Of a stretch of DNA of 64,000 nt, positions 38,689-48,598 are shown piece by piece (the stretch's first letter is position 1; every line of letters starts with the position of its first letter). The notes below the pieces were generated by a model. That model worked only from the letters and a program-made list of their open reading frames with translations, was not told where the DNA came from and did no database searches. The stretch spans positions 768,001 to 832,000 of the forward strand of contig OY760074.1 in NCBI GenBank assembly GCA_963663035.1. The letters run 5' to 3'. The position numbers and the translations under genes were made by a program. The stretch comes from Acidobacteriota bacterium. GTDB taxonomy: Bacteria > Acidobacteriota > UBA6911 > RPQK01 > JADFOI01.

Positions 38689-40089
38689 ATGAAAAGGTAC
38701 CATTCTTTTTACCTGCTGCTAGCTGTATGCCTGTTCTGGATGGCCACTGACAAGGCCGAAGCCTTGGAACTCGAGGTTGGTCAGGCCTTTCCCAATATGC
38801 TGCTGCCTTCTTTGGAGGGCCCTCCGAGTTCGATAGCAGATTTTCGAGGAGACAAACTCATTGTGCACATATGGGCCTCCTGGTGAGCCGGCTGCCGAAG
38901 GCATGTGCCCGTGTGGCACGAAGCGACCAAAGAGGTACAGAAACAGGGCAAGGTGAAGATGGTTGGCATCATTTTGGAGCAGCATCCCGACCGCACCCGA
39001 CTTTTCATGCAATGGAAAGGGATGGACTGGCCCATTCTGATCGACTCCTTTAATCTTTTGGAGTCTTCTGCGGTGCCGATCACCTTGTTCATTGATGAAT
39101 ACGGAGTCATTCGAAGCGTCCGGCCAGCCGTGGAAGAACTGGACGATTTTCTCAATCGAACTTACCCGGAAACGGCCCCACCACCTCTGGCCGGGTTGCC
39201 TGACTTTGAGCAGCTCAAGGAGGCGACCAGGAAGAATAGCGTTGGGTCTTGGCGGGCTTATGCCAGGGCAGTCAGTTTATGGGGGCAGCCTTCTCAGATC
39301 AGTGAGGCGATTGAGGCTTATCAACAGGCACTTGAGAAAGAGCCGGAGCACGGTCCCACCAACTTCGAACTGGGCGTGGCATATCGCAAGCGCTACGACT
39401 CGGACGATCGTCAGCCGGAAGATTTCCAGAAGGCCGTGGAGAATTTGGGTCAGGCGCTGGATATCGATCCCAATCAATACATTTGGCGCCGTCGAATACA
39501 GCAATACGAGCCACGCCTGGACAAGCCCTATTCCTTCTATGACTGGGTGACGACAGCTCGTCAGGAGATAGCCGAGCGAGGGGATACACCGGCCCAGCTC
39601 CCGGTGGAGCCAGGTGGAGCCGAGTTCGCCTATCCCACTGAGAGTTTCGAGACTGCCGAAGCTGAGAGAGAGGACCCTGATCCGCGAGGCCGGATCTTTC
39701 GTGATGAGAAGGGCTTCGTACAGGTGGAAACTACGGTTGTTCCAGCGGCAGTAGCTGCCGGTGACACTGCGCGGATCCACCTCGTCTTTCGACCCAACCT
39801 ACAGGTCAAAGCTCACTGGAACAATGAGGTAGAGGACTTGGTGTTTTGGGTTGATCCACCTGAAGGCTGGCAAGTGGACAATCACTATGTGACTGTAGCC
39901 AATCCACCTGAAGCGATTAGCCAGGAGACCCGCAAGGTGGAGTTTGAGTTGCGCAGCCCGGAAAAGCCAGCCGGTTCTGTGACCGTTCCGGCTTATGCGC
40001 TTTACTACGTGTGTGAGGATATCGATGGCACCTGCCTCTATCGCCGTCAAGATATCCCGCTGCAAGTTCAGGTCAGCTCCGGGCAATGA
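38689..40089 (+). CDS. Putative exported selenoprotein: TlpA-like redoxin (UxxC) + TPR + nDsbD-like domain
   Basis: ORFs 38572-38886 and 38905-40089 are in frame; junction reads IWASW-TGA-AGC-RRHVPVW, i.e. the WAxWCxxC motif with TGA (38884-6) at the first Cys; RBS AAGGAG. Confidence 0.85.
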
Positions 40090-40106
40090 CCAAGGGCACT
40101 GTGAGA

Positions 40107-40182
40107 GGCCCGCAGGCTAAAGCCTGCGGCTCTGATGGAGCTAGTCCAAACAGTCAGAGCCGTGGGCTTCAGCCCACGGGCC
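40107..40182. repeat. REP-like hairpin pair CAGAGCCGYRGGCTTYAGCCYRCGGGCC
   Basis: Inverted pair; same unit at 24451-24500, 44527-44554 and 61011-61038. Confidence 0.75.
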
Positions 40183-40206
40183 AGGCCCGTGGAGCGCTCA
40201 GAGTCC

Positions 40207-40668
40207 TTATGCGGTGTGCACCTGGGACGTGGAGACCGTTCTGTGGCCGGTGCTGTGGCTTCTCAGCCACCGGTAACTGACTCCTAGGATGGCACCGAAA
40301 ACCAGATGACCATACAGGCTGGGAAGCATCTGGGAAGCTGCTGCGGCATTCCAGTTGACAGCAAAGCCCATTCCCATGAACAGTGGCATCAAAGTCAGCG
40401 GTCCCAGAAACCACCAGGTTGCACCGTAGAGGAGGCCGTAGCCCAATCCGCCGCTGGTGCTGTGCAGGAAGCGGTCAAAGATGACCGCAAACGAGATGCC
40501 GATCAGGGTGCTGATGACCAGGTGAACCAGGAAGCCCACTGCGGCCGAGGGCACTCCCACCATCATACCGATCATGGGAAGCATCCCCATCGTTGCCATC
40601 ATGGCTCCGAAGACCACTCCACCGGCCAGACCAGCGTAAATACCAGGTTTAAGATTTTTCACATTCAT
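40207..40668 (-). CDS. Four-TM membrane protein, divergent from the ECF sigma
   Basis: GLAGGVVFG, VHLVIS, GHLVFG; RBS AAGGAGG. Confidence 0.75.
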   Translation of the reverse strand: MNVKNLKPGIYAGLAGGVVFGAMMATMGMLPMIGMMVGVPSAAVGFLVHLVISTLIGISFAVIFDRFLHSTSGGLGYGLLYGATWWFLGPLTLMPLFMGMGFAVNWNAAAASQMLPSLYGHLVFGAILGVSYRWLRSHSTGHRTVSTSQVHTA

Positions 40669-40802
40669 GATGTTACCTCCTTAGTGTTGGTAAAAGTTTT
40701 CTCTTCCTTTACACTTGCCTCCATCGGGAGGCCTGAGTTCTGTCCCGATCCACTAGTGAGTGTCCCCAGGGTTCGAATGCTTACACCTCCTGCGAGCCTG
40801 TG

Positions 40803-41381
40803 ATGGCGATGGACGATCCGCAATTTGCAGAGAAAATACGGGCAGAAGACCCGGAAGCGCTCCGAAGCGGTGTCGAGACTTACCTGGGCCAGATTCACCG
40901 CACCGCTCTGGGCGCGGGTCTGGGTCCAGAGCGCGCCCGCGAAGTGACTCAAGCCACCTTTGCCACTTTTATTGAGAAGGCACCCAGCTTTGAAGGACGG
41001 TCACACGTGCGCACCTGGCTGTTCGGAATCCTCTACCACAAGATCAGGGAGGCTCGCCGCGGATTACAGCAGGAACGCCAGATGGATGAGATCGAGGACG
41101 TGTTCGAAGGACGGTTCGATGCCAAAGGCAGTTGGGTCCGTCCACCACATCCCGTCGACCTTCAGCTCTATGATTCGGAAATCAGGGAGTTTTTCGAGGA
41201 CTGCCTGGAAAAGGTACCGACCCAGCAGCGAATGGCATTTGTTTTACGCGAGGTGGATGAATTGAGCAGCAAAGAAATTTGTAAGATTCTAAACATTTCC
41301 AACACTAACCTAGGAGTACTCATGTATCGGGTGCGTAACCGTCTTCGGGAATGCTTGGAGGCCAAAGGCGTGAAGAGGTAG
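40803..41381 (+). CDS. ECF sigma-70 factor
   Basis: FEGRSHVRTWLFGI, RMAFVLRE, EICKILNIS.TNLGV..YR.R. Confidence 0.9.
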   Translation: MAMDDPQFAEKIRAEDPEALRSGVETYLGQIHRTALGAGLGPERAREVTQATFATFIEKAPSFEGRSHVRTWLFGILYHKIREARRGLQQERQMDEIEDVFEGRFDAKGSWVRPPHPVDLQLYDSEIREFFEDCLEKVPTQQRMAFVLREVDELSSKEICKILNISNTNLGVLMYRVRNRLRECLEAKGVKR

Positions 41382-41386
41382 CGGGG

Positions 41387-41653
41387 ATGGGATGTTGCAG
41401 GGACATTACAGAGAAACTTGCCAGTGACGAGTTCAGAGAGGCCAGCCTGTGGAAGCGGCTCACAGTCCGTTTCCATCTGCTCATGTGTCGCCATTGTCGG
41501 CGCTACGCTGCGCAACTGAAAACCATCGGCGAGATAGCCAGGGATCTATGGGGACCCCAAAGCGAAGACCCTTCTACACTCGAGAGTTTAGAACGTGAAA
41601 TTCTGGAAACCACCCGTCGCGATCACGAGGGTGGTAGGATAGACTCCCCATGA
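41387..41653 (+). CDS. Zinc-binding anti-sigma factor (ZAS, zf-HC2), soluble
   Basis: MGCCRD..RFHLLMCRHCRRY (HxxxCxxC). Confidence 0.88.
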   Translation: MGCCRDITEKLASDEFREASLWKRLTVRFHLLMCRHCRRYAAQLKTIGEIARDLWGPQSEDPSTLESLEREILETTRRDHEGGRIDSP

Positions 41654-42726
41654 GTTCAACCAGCACTGTTCAGGAAGGGACGATCAAGTCGCTGAAAGCA
41701 GTTCAACATGAGCTTTCAGATCCTCGGATCCAGCTCCAGACCTTAGCTCAACAGGGTGGCAAGCTCCCCAGATTTGAAGAGCGACTGGATGAAATTGGAC
41801 TCTATCCCCTCAGACCGACCGAGATCGTGATTTTCCAGGTCAATGTCGGAAAAATGTGCAACCTGACCTGTGCTCACTGTCACGTCGATTCGGGTCCAGA
41901 TCGAGACGAAATCATGACGCGTGAGACGATGCAATTCTGCCTCGAAGCGATCAAAGCTTCGAACATCAGGACCGTCGATCTGACGGGTGGGGCTCCTGAA
42001 ATGAACCCGAACTTTCGCTGGTTTGTCGAGGAAATTTCCAAGCTGGGTCGTCAGACCATCGTGCGAAGCAATCTCACCATTCTGACGGTGAACAAAAAAT
42101 ACCGGCAGCTCCCGCAATTCTTCGCTGACCACAAAGCCTTACTCATCTGCTCGCTTCCATGCTACACGGCTGAAAACACGGATAAGCAGAGGGGAAATGG
42201 TGTGTTTGATCGGTCGATCGAAGCACTCCAGATGCTCAATGCTGTGGGATATGCTCAGGCGGAATCGGGTTTGGAGCTACATCTGGTCTACAATCCTGTG
42301 GGTGCTTCTTTGCCGCCGCCTCAGGAGAAGCTGAGTATCGATTACAAACGAGTCTTGAAAGAGGAGTTCGGAATCCTATTCAACGACCTCTACTGCATTA
42401 CCAACATGCCTATCAGCCGCTTTCTCGAGTACTTGTTGCGTCTGGGCCAGTATGAGGAATATATGAAGACCCTGGTCAACGCATTCAATCCTGCAGCAGC
42501 GCCCGGCGTCATGTGTCGAAATACCATATCGGTCGGATGGGAGGGGACTCTCTATGACTGTGACTTCAATCAGATGCTGGAGTTAAAGGTTGAGAACAGT
42601 GCGCCGCGGCACATCCGCGACTTCAAGCTGAACAAATTGACAGAGCGCAGGATTGTGTTGAATCAGCACTGCTACGGCTGCACTGCCGGCGCGGGTTCAA
42701 CCTGTGGAGGGGAAATCGTACAATGA
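41650..42726 (+). CDS. arsS: Arsenosugar-biosynthesis radical SAM protein (TIGR04167/ArsS family), Cys form
   Basis: QVNVGKMCNLTCAHCHV, DLTGGAPE, YDCDFNQML, HCYGCTAGAGSTCGG. Confidence 0.88.
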   Translation: MSSTSTVQEGTIKSLKAVQHELSDPRIQLQTLAQQGGKLPRFEERLDEIGLYPLRPTEIVIFQVNVGKMCNLTCAHCHVDSGPDRDEIMTRETMQFCLEAIKASNIRTVDLTGGAPEMNPNFRWFVEEISKLGRQTIVRSNLTILTVNKKYRQLPQFFADHKALLICSLPCYTAENTDKQRGNGVFDRSIEALQMLNAVGYAQAESGLELHLVYNPVGASLPPPQEKLSIDYKRVLKEEFGILFNDLYCITNMPISRFLEYLLRLGQYEEYMKTLVNAFNPAAAPGVMCRNTISVGWEGTLYDCDFNQMLELKVENSAPRHIRDFKLNKLTERRIVLNQHCYGCTAGAGSTCGGEIVQ

Positions 42727-43697
42727 GCCAGAGTTATTTGAAAACAGCCAGGGATGTCTACAGGGAGGCTGCATTAAGCCCACAAGAAGGGCTCTGCTGC
42801 ACCACTTCTCCTGTTTGGAACTTACCGCAGCTCGAGATCCCCAAGAAGATGCTCGAGATGAATTACGGCTGTGGAACGACTGTCCACCCCCGAGATCTCG
42901 CTGCCGCTCCCAAGGTCCTTTATGTGGGTGTGGGAGGCGGCATGGAACTTCTCCAATTCGCCTATTTCAGCAGGAAACCCCGCTCCATCATCGGAATTGA
43001 TCCGGTGGAGGAGATGGTGGAAGTCTGCCGTCAAAATCTCAAAGGAGCAGAAGAGCTGAATTCCTGGTTAGAAGGCGATTTTTTCGATTTGCGTCTTGGA
43101 GATGCTCTGGATCTACCTGTGGAAGATGACTCCGTCGATCTCGCTGCACAGAATTGCCTGTTCAATATCTTCTCTGTAGAGGATCTGAAGCGTGCCCTGA
43201 GTGAAATGTACCGGGTCCTGAGACCGCAGGGAAAACTCCTGCTTTCTGATCCCATTTGTGAGGGTGGGATCCCAGAGAACCTGCGCAGGGATGAACGCTT
43301 GAGAGCCCTTTGTCTGAGCGGTGCCTTGCCTTTGAGACAGTATATTGATCTGATTACCGATAGCGGCTTTGGGACCGTGGAAATTCGCGCCCGGCGTCCT
43401 TACCGTGTCCTGGATCCCCAGCATTTCCATACGGACCAGTTGATCTTCATTGAAAGTGTCGAAGTGTGTGCCATCAAAGATCCGATGCCCCCGGATGGTC
43501 CCTGCGTATTCACTGGCAGAACGGCCATCTATTTTGGAGATGAGGACTCCTTTGATGACAGCCAGGGACACGTCCTGCCGCAGAACCAGCCCCTGGCGGT
43601 GTGCGACAAAACGTCTGAGGCGTTAAAGGAGCTGAATCGGGAAGACATTTTCATATCCCCATCGACCTATTTCTATGAGGGCGGAGGATGCTGCTAA
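42723..43697 (+). CDS. arsM: Arsenite methyltransferase, arsenosugar-cluster type
   Basis: GLCC, EMNYGCGTTVHP, YVGVGGG, AQNCLFN, CLSGA, C-terminal GGGCC. Confidence 0.8.
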   Translation: MSQSYLKTARDVYREAALSPQEGLCCTTSPVWNLPQLEIPKKMLEMNYGCGTTVHPRDLAAAPKVLYVGVGGGMELLQFAYFSRKPRSIIGIDPVEEMVEVCRQNLKGAEELNSWLEGDFFDLRLGDALDLPVEDDSVDLAAQNCLFNIFSVEDLKRALSEMYRVLRPQGKLLLSDPICEGGIPENLRRDERLRALCLSGALPLRQYIDLITDSGFGTVEIRARRPYRVLDPQHFHTDQLIFIESVEVCAIKDPMPPDGPCVFTGRTAIYFGDEDSFDDSQGHVLPQNQPLAVCDKTSEALKELNREDIFISPSTYFYEGGGCC

Positions 43698-43702
43698 GAA
43701 GC

Positions 43703-43890
43703 AAATCCTAAAGTCTAAATTCTAAATCCCAGCCGGCAGACCGGCTGAAATCCTAAATCCTAAATTCCAAATCCCAAACAAATCTCAAATCCCAAATTTC
43801 AAATCTCAAACAAATTCTGAATTCCAGATGTATTAATTTGGAACTTAGAATTTGGAATTTGTGATTTGGATTTTAAGATTTCCGGAAATC
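43703..43890. repeat. AT-rich degenerate heptamer array (AAATCCY) with inverted second half
   Basis: AAATCCT/AAATCCC/AAATTCC/AAATCTC units followed by complementary ATTTGGA/ATTTGTG units. Confidence 0.75.
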
Positions 43891-43988
43891 TTTAAATTTC
43901 CGGAAGTTTTGGAATAAAAGCCCGCTTGGGTGACATTTCAATTGGAGAACACCAAAAGACCAATGTACACCCATGAAAGGAGCGAAGA

Positions 43989-44459
43989 ATGAGATTCAAC
44001 AACTTCAGTAAAAAGGGGCTTGTGATGGCTGCCTTGGCCTTAACGGTTATGGCAGTGTCCTTCTTTGGGACCGATGTCGCAGCCCAGATGGGGCAGCCGG
44101 AAATGATTAGCCTTCGAGGCACGCTCATTGATCTGACCTGTGCTGCCAAGGGGAGGGCAATGATGAACTCCTGGGACAACACAGGACAGGATCACATGAT
44201 GCCCGACGGCAATGTCCAGAAGAGCTGTGCCAGCATGTGTTTGACGGGTGGTCAACCGGCAGCCCTCTTTGCCAATAATCAGGTTACGGCAGTGTTAGCT
44301 TGCAATCCACGGCAGACGCTTGCCAGCTATGCCGCCGAGTCAGTTGAGGTTCAGGGCTTTTGGGCCGGTGCCGGATCGGATGTCAAACCATTCGTACCGA
44401 CAAGGATCCGTAAAGGTACAGGTGCCTGGGAGGACGTGGACTGCGCCACCATGCACTAA
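43989..44459 (+). CDS. Secreted Cys/Met-rich hypothetical protein
   Basis: Signal peptide, LIDLTC, CASMC, DCATMH; RBS AAGGAG. Confidence 0.7.
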   Translation: MRFNNFSKKGLVMAALALTVMAVSFFGTDVAAQMGQPEMISLRGTLIDLTCAAKGRAMMNSWDNTGQDHMMPDGNVQKSCASMCLTGGQPAALFANNQVTAVLACNPRQTLASYAAESVEVQGFWAGAGSDVKPFVPTRIRKGTGAWEDVDCATMH

Positions 44460-44526
44460 GTAATCTCCCCACGGACCGGTAGTGTGCCCTCCCCGAGGGC
44501 TACAGAGGAGCCTGACGAGGCTCAGA

Positions 44527-44554
44527 CAGAGCCGTGGGCTTTAGCCCACGGGCC
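44527..44554. repeat. REP-like hairpin
   Basis: CAGAGCCGTGGGCTTTAGCCCACGGGCC. Confidence 0.75.
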
Positions 44555-44594
44555 CACCCGGTCCACCCCCCCCTCTGACGAGGGCCTTTGAATC

Positions 44595-44999
44595 ATGTGG
44601 AAGAGAATTCTCACTGCTCCCCTGCTACTGCTGTTGTTATGGGGGTGTGGTACGAGTGCGGAAGATCATCGAAGAGCACTGGAGGAGCGTGGAATTCCCT
44701 GGGATGAGGAGGCCTTCGTTGACCACGCCAAGCAGGGTGACCAGGCCGTCCTGGAGCTGTTTCTCGGTGGTGGCATGGATCTTGACGTTCGGGATAGTAC
44801 CGGTGCCACAGCACTGATGTACGCGGCTCTAAACGGCCATGTTGCTGCGACTTCTCTTCTGATAGAGCAGGGTGCTGATCTCAATGCCGAAGATGACCTG
44901 GGGAGGAGGGCTTTAGACTATGCGTCGGTCCACCCCGAGAGCGGGGCCTTCCAGCTCCTGGCCGCGGCAGGAGCGATCTACGGCACCTTCTCCCAGTAA
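44595..44999 (+). CDS. Ankyrin-repeat lipoprotein
   Basis: Lipobox LWGC, GATALMYAALNGH, GADLNAED. Confidence 0.85.
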   Translation: MWKRILTAPLLLLLLWGCGTSAEDHRRALEERGIPWDEEAFVDHAKQGDQAVLELFLGGGMDLDVRDSTGATALMYAALNGHVAATSLLIEQGADLNAEDDLGRRALDYASVHPESGAFQLLAAAGAIYGTFSQ

Positions 45000-45019
45000 C
45001 AGCGATTTCTTCTCTTGCG

Positions 45020-45931
45020 TTAGTCGCTAATCTTTCCCGGGCGGAAATAACCCTGTTTCGCACGCACAGTGAGCCTTGGCAAGCCCTCAGGTGGTTTCAG
45101 CCGGACCTTGATTTCTCGCCATTCCCGACTGGGCTTCTGGTCTGTCGGTGTGTAACCCAGGACGTACTGATTTCGTAACTCCGTGTGAATTAAATCCATG
45201 AAATAATCCAACTGCTTAAAGGTGTCCGGGAAAAAGACACGGCCGCCGGTCAGTCGGCCCAGCCCTGCTATGATCGCCTCGCCGAAGCCCAACTCGCCGT
45301 GCGCTCCGATCACGTAAATCTGCACGTCCGACTCCTTCACAAAATCTTTGACTTCGCTGAAGGTATAACGGCTGCTGTTGTCTTCCCCGTCGGAAATGAT
45401 GATCAGGGCTTTTTTCTCTTGCCGGGCCTCGCGCATTTTCTCCAGGCCCAGGTAAACAGCATCGTACAGAGCCGTCCGGCCTTTGGGATTGGATAGTGAA
45501 ACTTGATTTTGAATCTTTTCAGAGTCGGGACTGAAGTCCTGAACGAGAGTGGTCCGATTGTTGAATGTGATCAGGAAGTACTGATCGCCCGGATCTCCGT
45601 GCTCCAGGAATTGGACCAGCGAATGGCGGGCACTCCTGATGCTTGTCTTCATCGAACCGCTGAGGTCCAGGATAATGCCAACGCTGAGGGGAGACTTTTC
45701 ACTGAAAAAGTGAGTGATCGTCTGCTCGACTTTGTTCTCGAAGATCTTGAAATGCTCCCGTTGCAGACCGACCACATAGCGGTTGAGGGGATCGGCCACC
45801 GTCACTCGCATTGCCACCGTGTCCACACCCACCCGGAAACGAGGCACAGACTGTTGCTGACCCAGGGCACCAGCGCCGGTGAGAAGGAAGAGAAAGAGAA
45901 AATTGGAGATAATAAGTCGCAGTGAACTCAT
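45020..45931 (-). CDS. VWA domain protein (Acidobacterial type)
   Basis: DLSGSM, TALYDAV, ISDGEDN, TGGR, QYVLGY. Confidence 0.88.
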   Translation of the reverse strand: MSSLRLIISNFLFLFLLTGAGALGQQQSVPRFRVGVDTVAMRVTVADPLNRYVVGLQREHFKIFENKVEQTITHFFSEKSPLSVGIILDLSGSMKTSIRSARHSLVQFLEHGDPGDQYFLITFNNRTTLVQDFSPDSEKIQNQVSLSNPKGRTALYDAVYLGLEKMREARQEKKALIIISDGEDNSSRYTFSEVKDFVKESDVQIYVIGAHGELGFGEAIIAGLGRLTGGRVFFPDTFKQLDYFMDLIHTELRNQYVLGYTPTDQKPSREWREIKVRLKPPEGLPRLTVRAKQGYFRPGKISD

Positions 45932-45942
45932 ATCCTATCCGG

Positions 45943-46623
45943 TTAATGACAAAGTGAGGCACTGAGCTCCTTTGACAGCTTCTCCACCCGGTACAGGTAA
46001 ATCATCATGTTTTGGCCTTGAAGGTCCTCCAGGTTGACTGTGTGGGTGGGGAGGGAAAAATAGTCCTTGATTCGCTGCTCCGCTTTTAAAATCTGTTCCC
46101 GGATGAACTGAGTTTCCTTCTGGAATCCCGAGTTGCGTGAATTGGCTTCGATCTTGGGCTTGAAGTGACTCTTGCTATCCAAGCCCCTTAAAACATAAGA
46201 CAAGGTCCTGCGAAGAGCTTTTGCTTCATCCGCCACCTCTTTCATCGAGTCCTTCCAGCGGGCCTTTGCCTGGTCCCTGGACTTAGGGTTGGAAGCGCGA
46301 CTCAGGGTCTCCTCCCGATTGCGCAGGGCCGCGTTGAAGTGGAGTTTGAGCGCGTCAAGCTTCTGGCTTACTCCTGCCAGGAAATCGTCGATGAGCCGGT
46401 CAACGTTTCGCTCAAGAAAACGCTCGTTTCCTCGGTAGAACCTCCTTCCATAGACATCTGTGTAGGACATTGTTTGAAGATGTTGGTGGAGAAAATAGTT
46501 CCTGAGGAGGGGGTTATCTCGGCCGGATTCCAAGGTGTTGGAAAACAGGTACCCGCTAGAAAAAATTCCCCACACCAAGAAAAAGAGCGTTGGGTAGAGA
46601 GTATGTCTTCGCTGCCAGTTCAA
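45943..46623 (-). CDS. Hypothetical exported protein
   Basis: 226-aa ORF with N-terminal hydrophobic segment, co-oriented with the VWA gene. Confidence 0.55.
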   Translation of the reverse strand: MNWQRRHTLYPTLFFLVWGIFSSGYLFSNTLESGRDNPLLRNYFLHQHLQTMSYTDVYGRRFYRGNERFLERNVDRLIDDFLAGVSQKLDALKLHFNAALRNREETLSRASNPKSRDQAKARWKDSMKEVADEAKALRRTLSYVLRGLDSKSHFKPKIEANSRNSGFQKETQFIREQILKAEQRIKDYFSLPTHTVNLEDLQGQNMMIYLYRVEKLSKELSASLCH

Positions 46624-47018
46624 AGTTCTGTCCTCTTGAGATCAATGTCTTTCAACCGCGTGTTGTATAGGCAAAGTTCTGCCAGAGTGCGCACCTGCTT
46701 TCCTGAGGCTGCGCGGTAGGTAGTGCTTTGACCTGTAAGCCACCGGTAGGGCGCTCCAAAAATCGCACCGAATCCCAGACCTGCGTACGTCCTCAGCTTT
46801 TTCTCTTTGAAGTTCACTGTGTTACCTCCTCTTGTAAAGGATCTGGTGTCCGCATCAGCAGGTCTGACCCGGGTCGGTTAATGAGTGAGGGCAGGGAGTA
46901 AAACATTACCTTTTCAACCGTAACCTTAATAGTCGCTGTAAGAATTTGGACTTGGGGCGCACTCACTAAACATCGGATGGTGAAGATCTCCAAGGTTGAC
47001 TGGAAAGGAGAAAAGAAT

Positions 47019-47543
47019 ATGTTCAGGAATCTGACCAAGAAACAATTTGTGCTTGTTCTCGCGGGAACACTGTTTGCTGCCCTCTTTTATGGACTCACCC
47101 AGTCCAATGGCTGGGCACTCGGCCAGTACGAGAGCGAGAAAAGGGAGGTGGTCGAGAGCCCATCTGTACTGGCAAATGCCTGGGAAGAAAGGACCGACTC
47201 ACAGCTCCATGCCTCACTTCGGGACGTTGATGTGGATTATCGTCTCTTTCTGAAAAAATTTATGGCTCGTGTATTCAACGGGCCGGAGGTGAGTTCCGGA
47301 GTCGCACTCAGGGGGATGGGTGAAGACCAGATGATTTTATTGGAACTCCGTGACCAAGAGGGCAATCTGGCGGCTCAATCCACAGTAGAACTTGGTGGGC
47401 AATCGAAGGTAACCAGGTTGATTCATGAGATTGAGTGGAGCGCTCCAATCGACTTGTCCAACTTCGCCGGGAGCCTGACTGCTTGTGGACAGTCGAACTT
47501 TGCCGCAAGCGGGATCACCTCCAAGTCAATCCCCAGAATTTGA
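47019..47543 (+). CDS. Hypothetical exported protein
   Basis: RBS AAGGAG before MFRNL; signal peptide; directly upstream of DUF3179. Confidence 0.55.
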   Translation: MFRNLTKKQFVLVLAGTLFAALFYGLTQSNGWALGQYESEKREVVESPSVLANAWEERTDSQLHASLRDVDVDYRLFLKKFMARVFNGPEVSSGVALRGMGEDQMILLELRDQEGNLAAQSTVELGGQSKVTRLIHEIEWSAPIDLSNFAGSLTACGQSNFAASGITSKSIPRI

Positions 47544-47554
47544 AGGAGAAGAAG

Positions 47555-48468
47555 ATGATGAAGAAGATCGTGAAGATCGCAGTTGCATTTACCGTATTGG
47601 CAATTCTCGGGACGGGGATCCTGTGGGCTACCCAATCCGAAGAGCTTCCAGACGGACGGGGGGGATATTTCGACGTTAGGCTTCACTCTGTTCCTTTGAG
47701 TGAGATCCTAGGCGGTGGTCCAGCAAAGGATGGAATCCCCGCTTTGAGCAACCCTGAGTTTGTTTCAGCCGAGCAGGGAGACAGGTTTCTTCTCTCCTGG
47801 GATCGTGTACTCGGAGTCGAGTACAACGGTGTCGCTAAAGCTTACCCGATCAAAATCTTGAACTGGCATGCGGTGGTGAATGACAGAATTGGCAATAAGG
47901 CCATCGCCGTCTCCTGGTGACCTCTGACCGGTTCGGGCGTAGGTTACGACCCGATAATAGACGGCAGGCGTTACACTTTCGGTGTCTCGGGCAAGCTTTA
48001 CAAAGATAACGTGTTGCTCTACGACCACCAGACGGGAAGCCTCTGGTCGCAGATTATGAGGGAGGCCGTTACCGGACCCAAGACCGGAACAGACCTGAAA
48101 ACCTTTCCGGTCGTTGAAACCACCTGGAAGAGCTGGATGAGAGAGCATCCGGATACGCTGGTTCTGAGCTTGAATACCGGGTATGCCCGTGATTACAACT
48201 GGGACCCCTACGGGATCAATGCTGAGAGAGCTGTGGGGGTGATCTCCCAGGGAGAGAGGAAAGCCTATTCATTCCGGGAGCTGAAGAAGGTCAAGAGTTT
48301 CCCGATTCACGATCAGGTAGGGAACCAGGCCGTGTTCATCTACTTTGAGAGCGAAGCGGAAAAAGCCTGGGTGACAGATCCAGCCGGAACTACGTGGAAT
48401 CCTTCCTCACCTATCTCTCGGCCTGGAAGAGTTTTTACCCTGACACTAAGATCTTCGAGGCCGAATAG
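47555..48468 (+). CDS. Putative DUF3179 selenoprotein (C-terminal 1-nt frameshift near 48389)
   Basis: GGPAKDGIPAL, KAYP..ILNWH.VVND, SW-TGA(47918-20)-PLTGSG, FGVSGKLY, YDHQTGSLWSQ; family-like C-terminus SAWKSFYPDT is in a shifted frame. Confidence 0.82.
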
Positions 48469-48598
48469 GTTCCTCCTGCCCTCTTCTCCCCGAACTTTTT
48501 TTAAAGGCGTGGTAAAATTCTTATGAGGAGTTTACTAGCCCGTGCTAGCGTGTCCAGGTGGCGTTTCACTTTCAGGTCTTTCTGCTAAGGAGGTGGTG

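Noticed and set aside
43703-43890. CRISPR array
   Set aside because: Degenerate 7-mers with no repeat-spacer structure and no cas genes
46670-46684. sigma-54 promoter TGGCAGAACTTTGCC on the minus strand
   Set aside because: GG-to-GC spacing is 9 nt rather than the required 10
46620-47038. Two short minus-strand ORFs
   Set aside because: No RBS or motifs; they fall in the divergent promoter region
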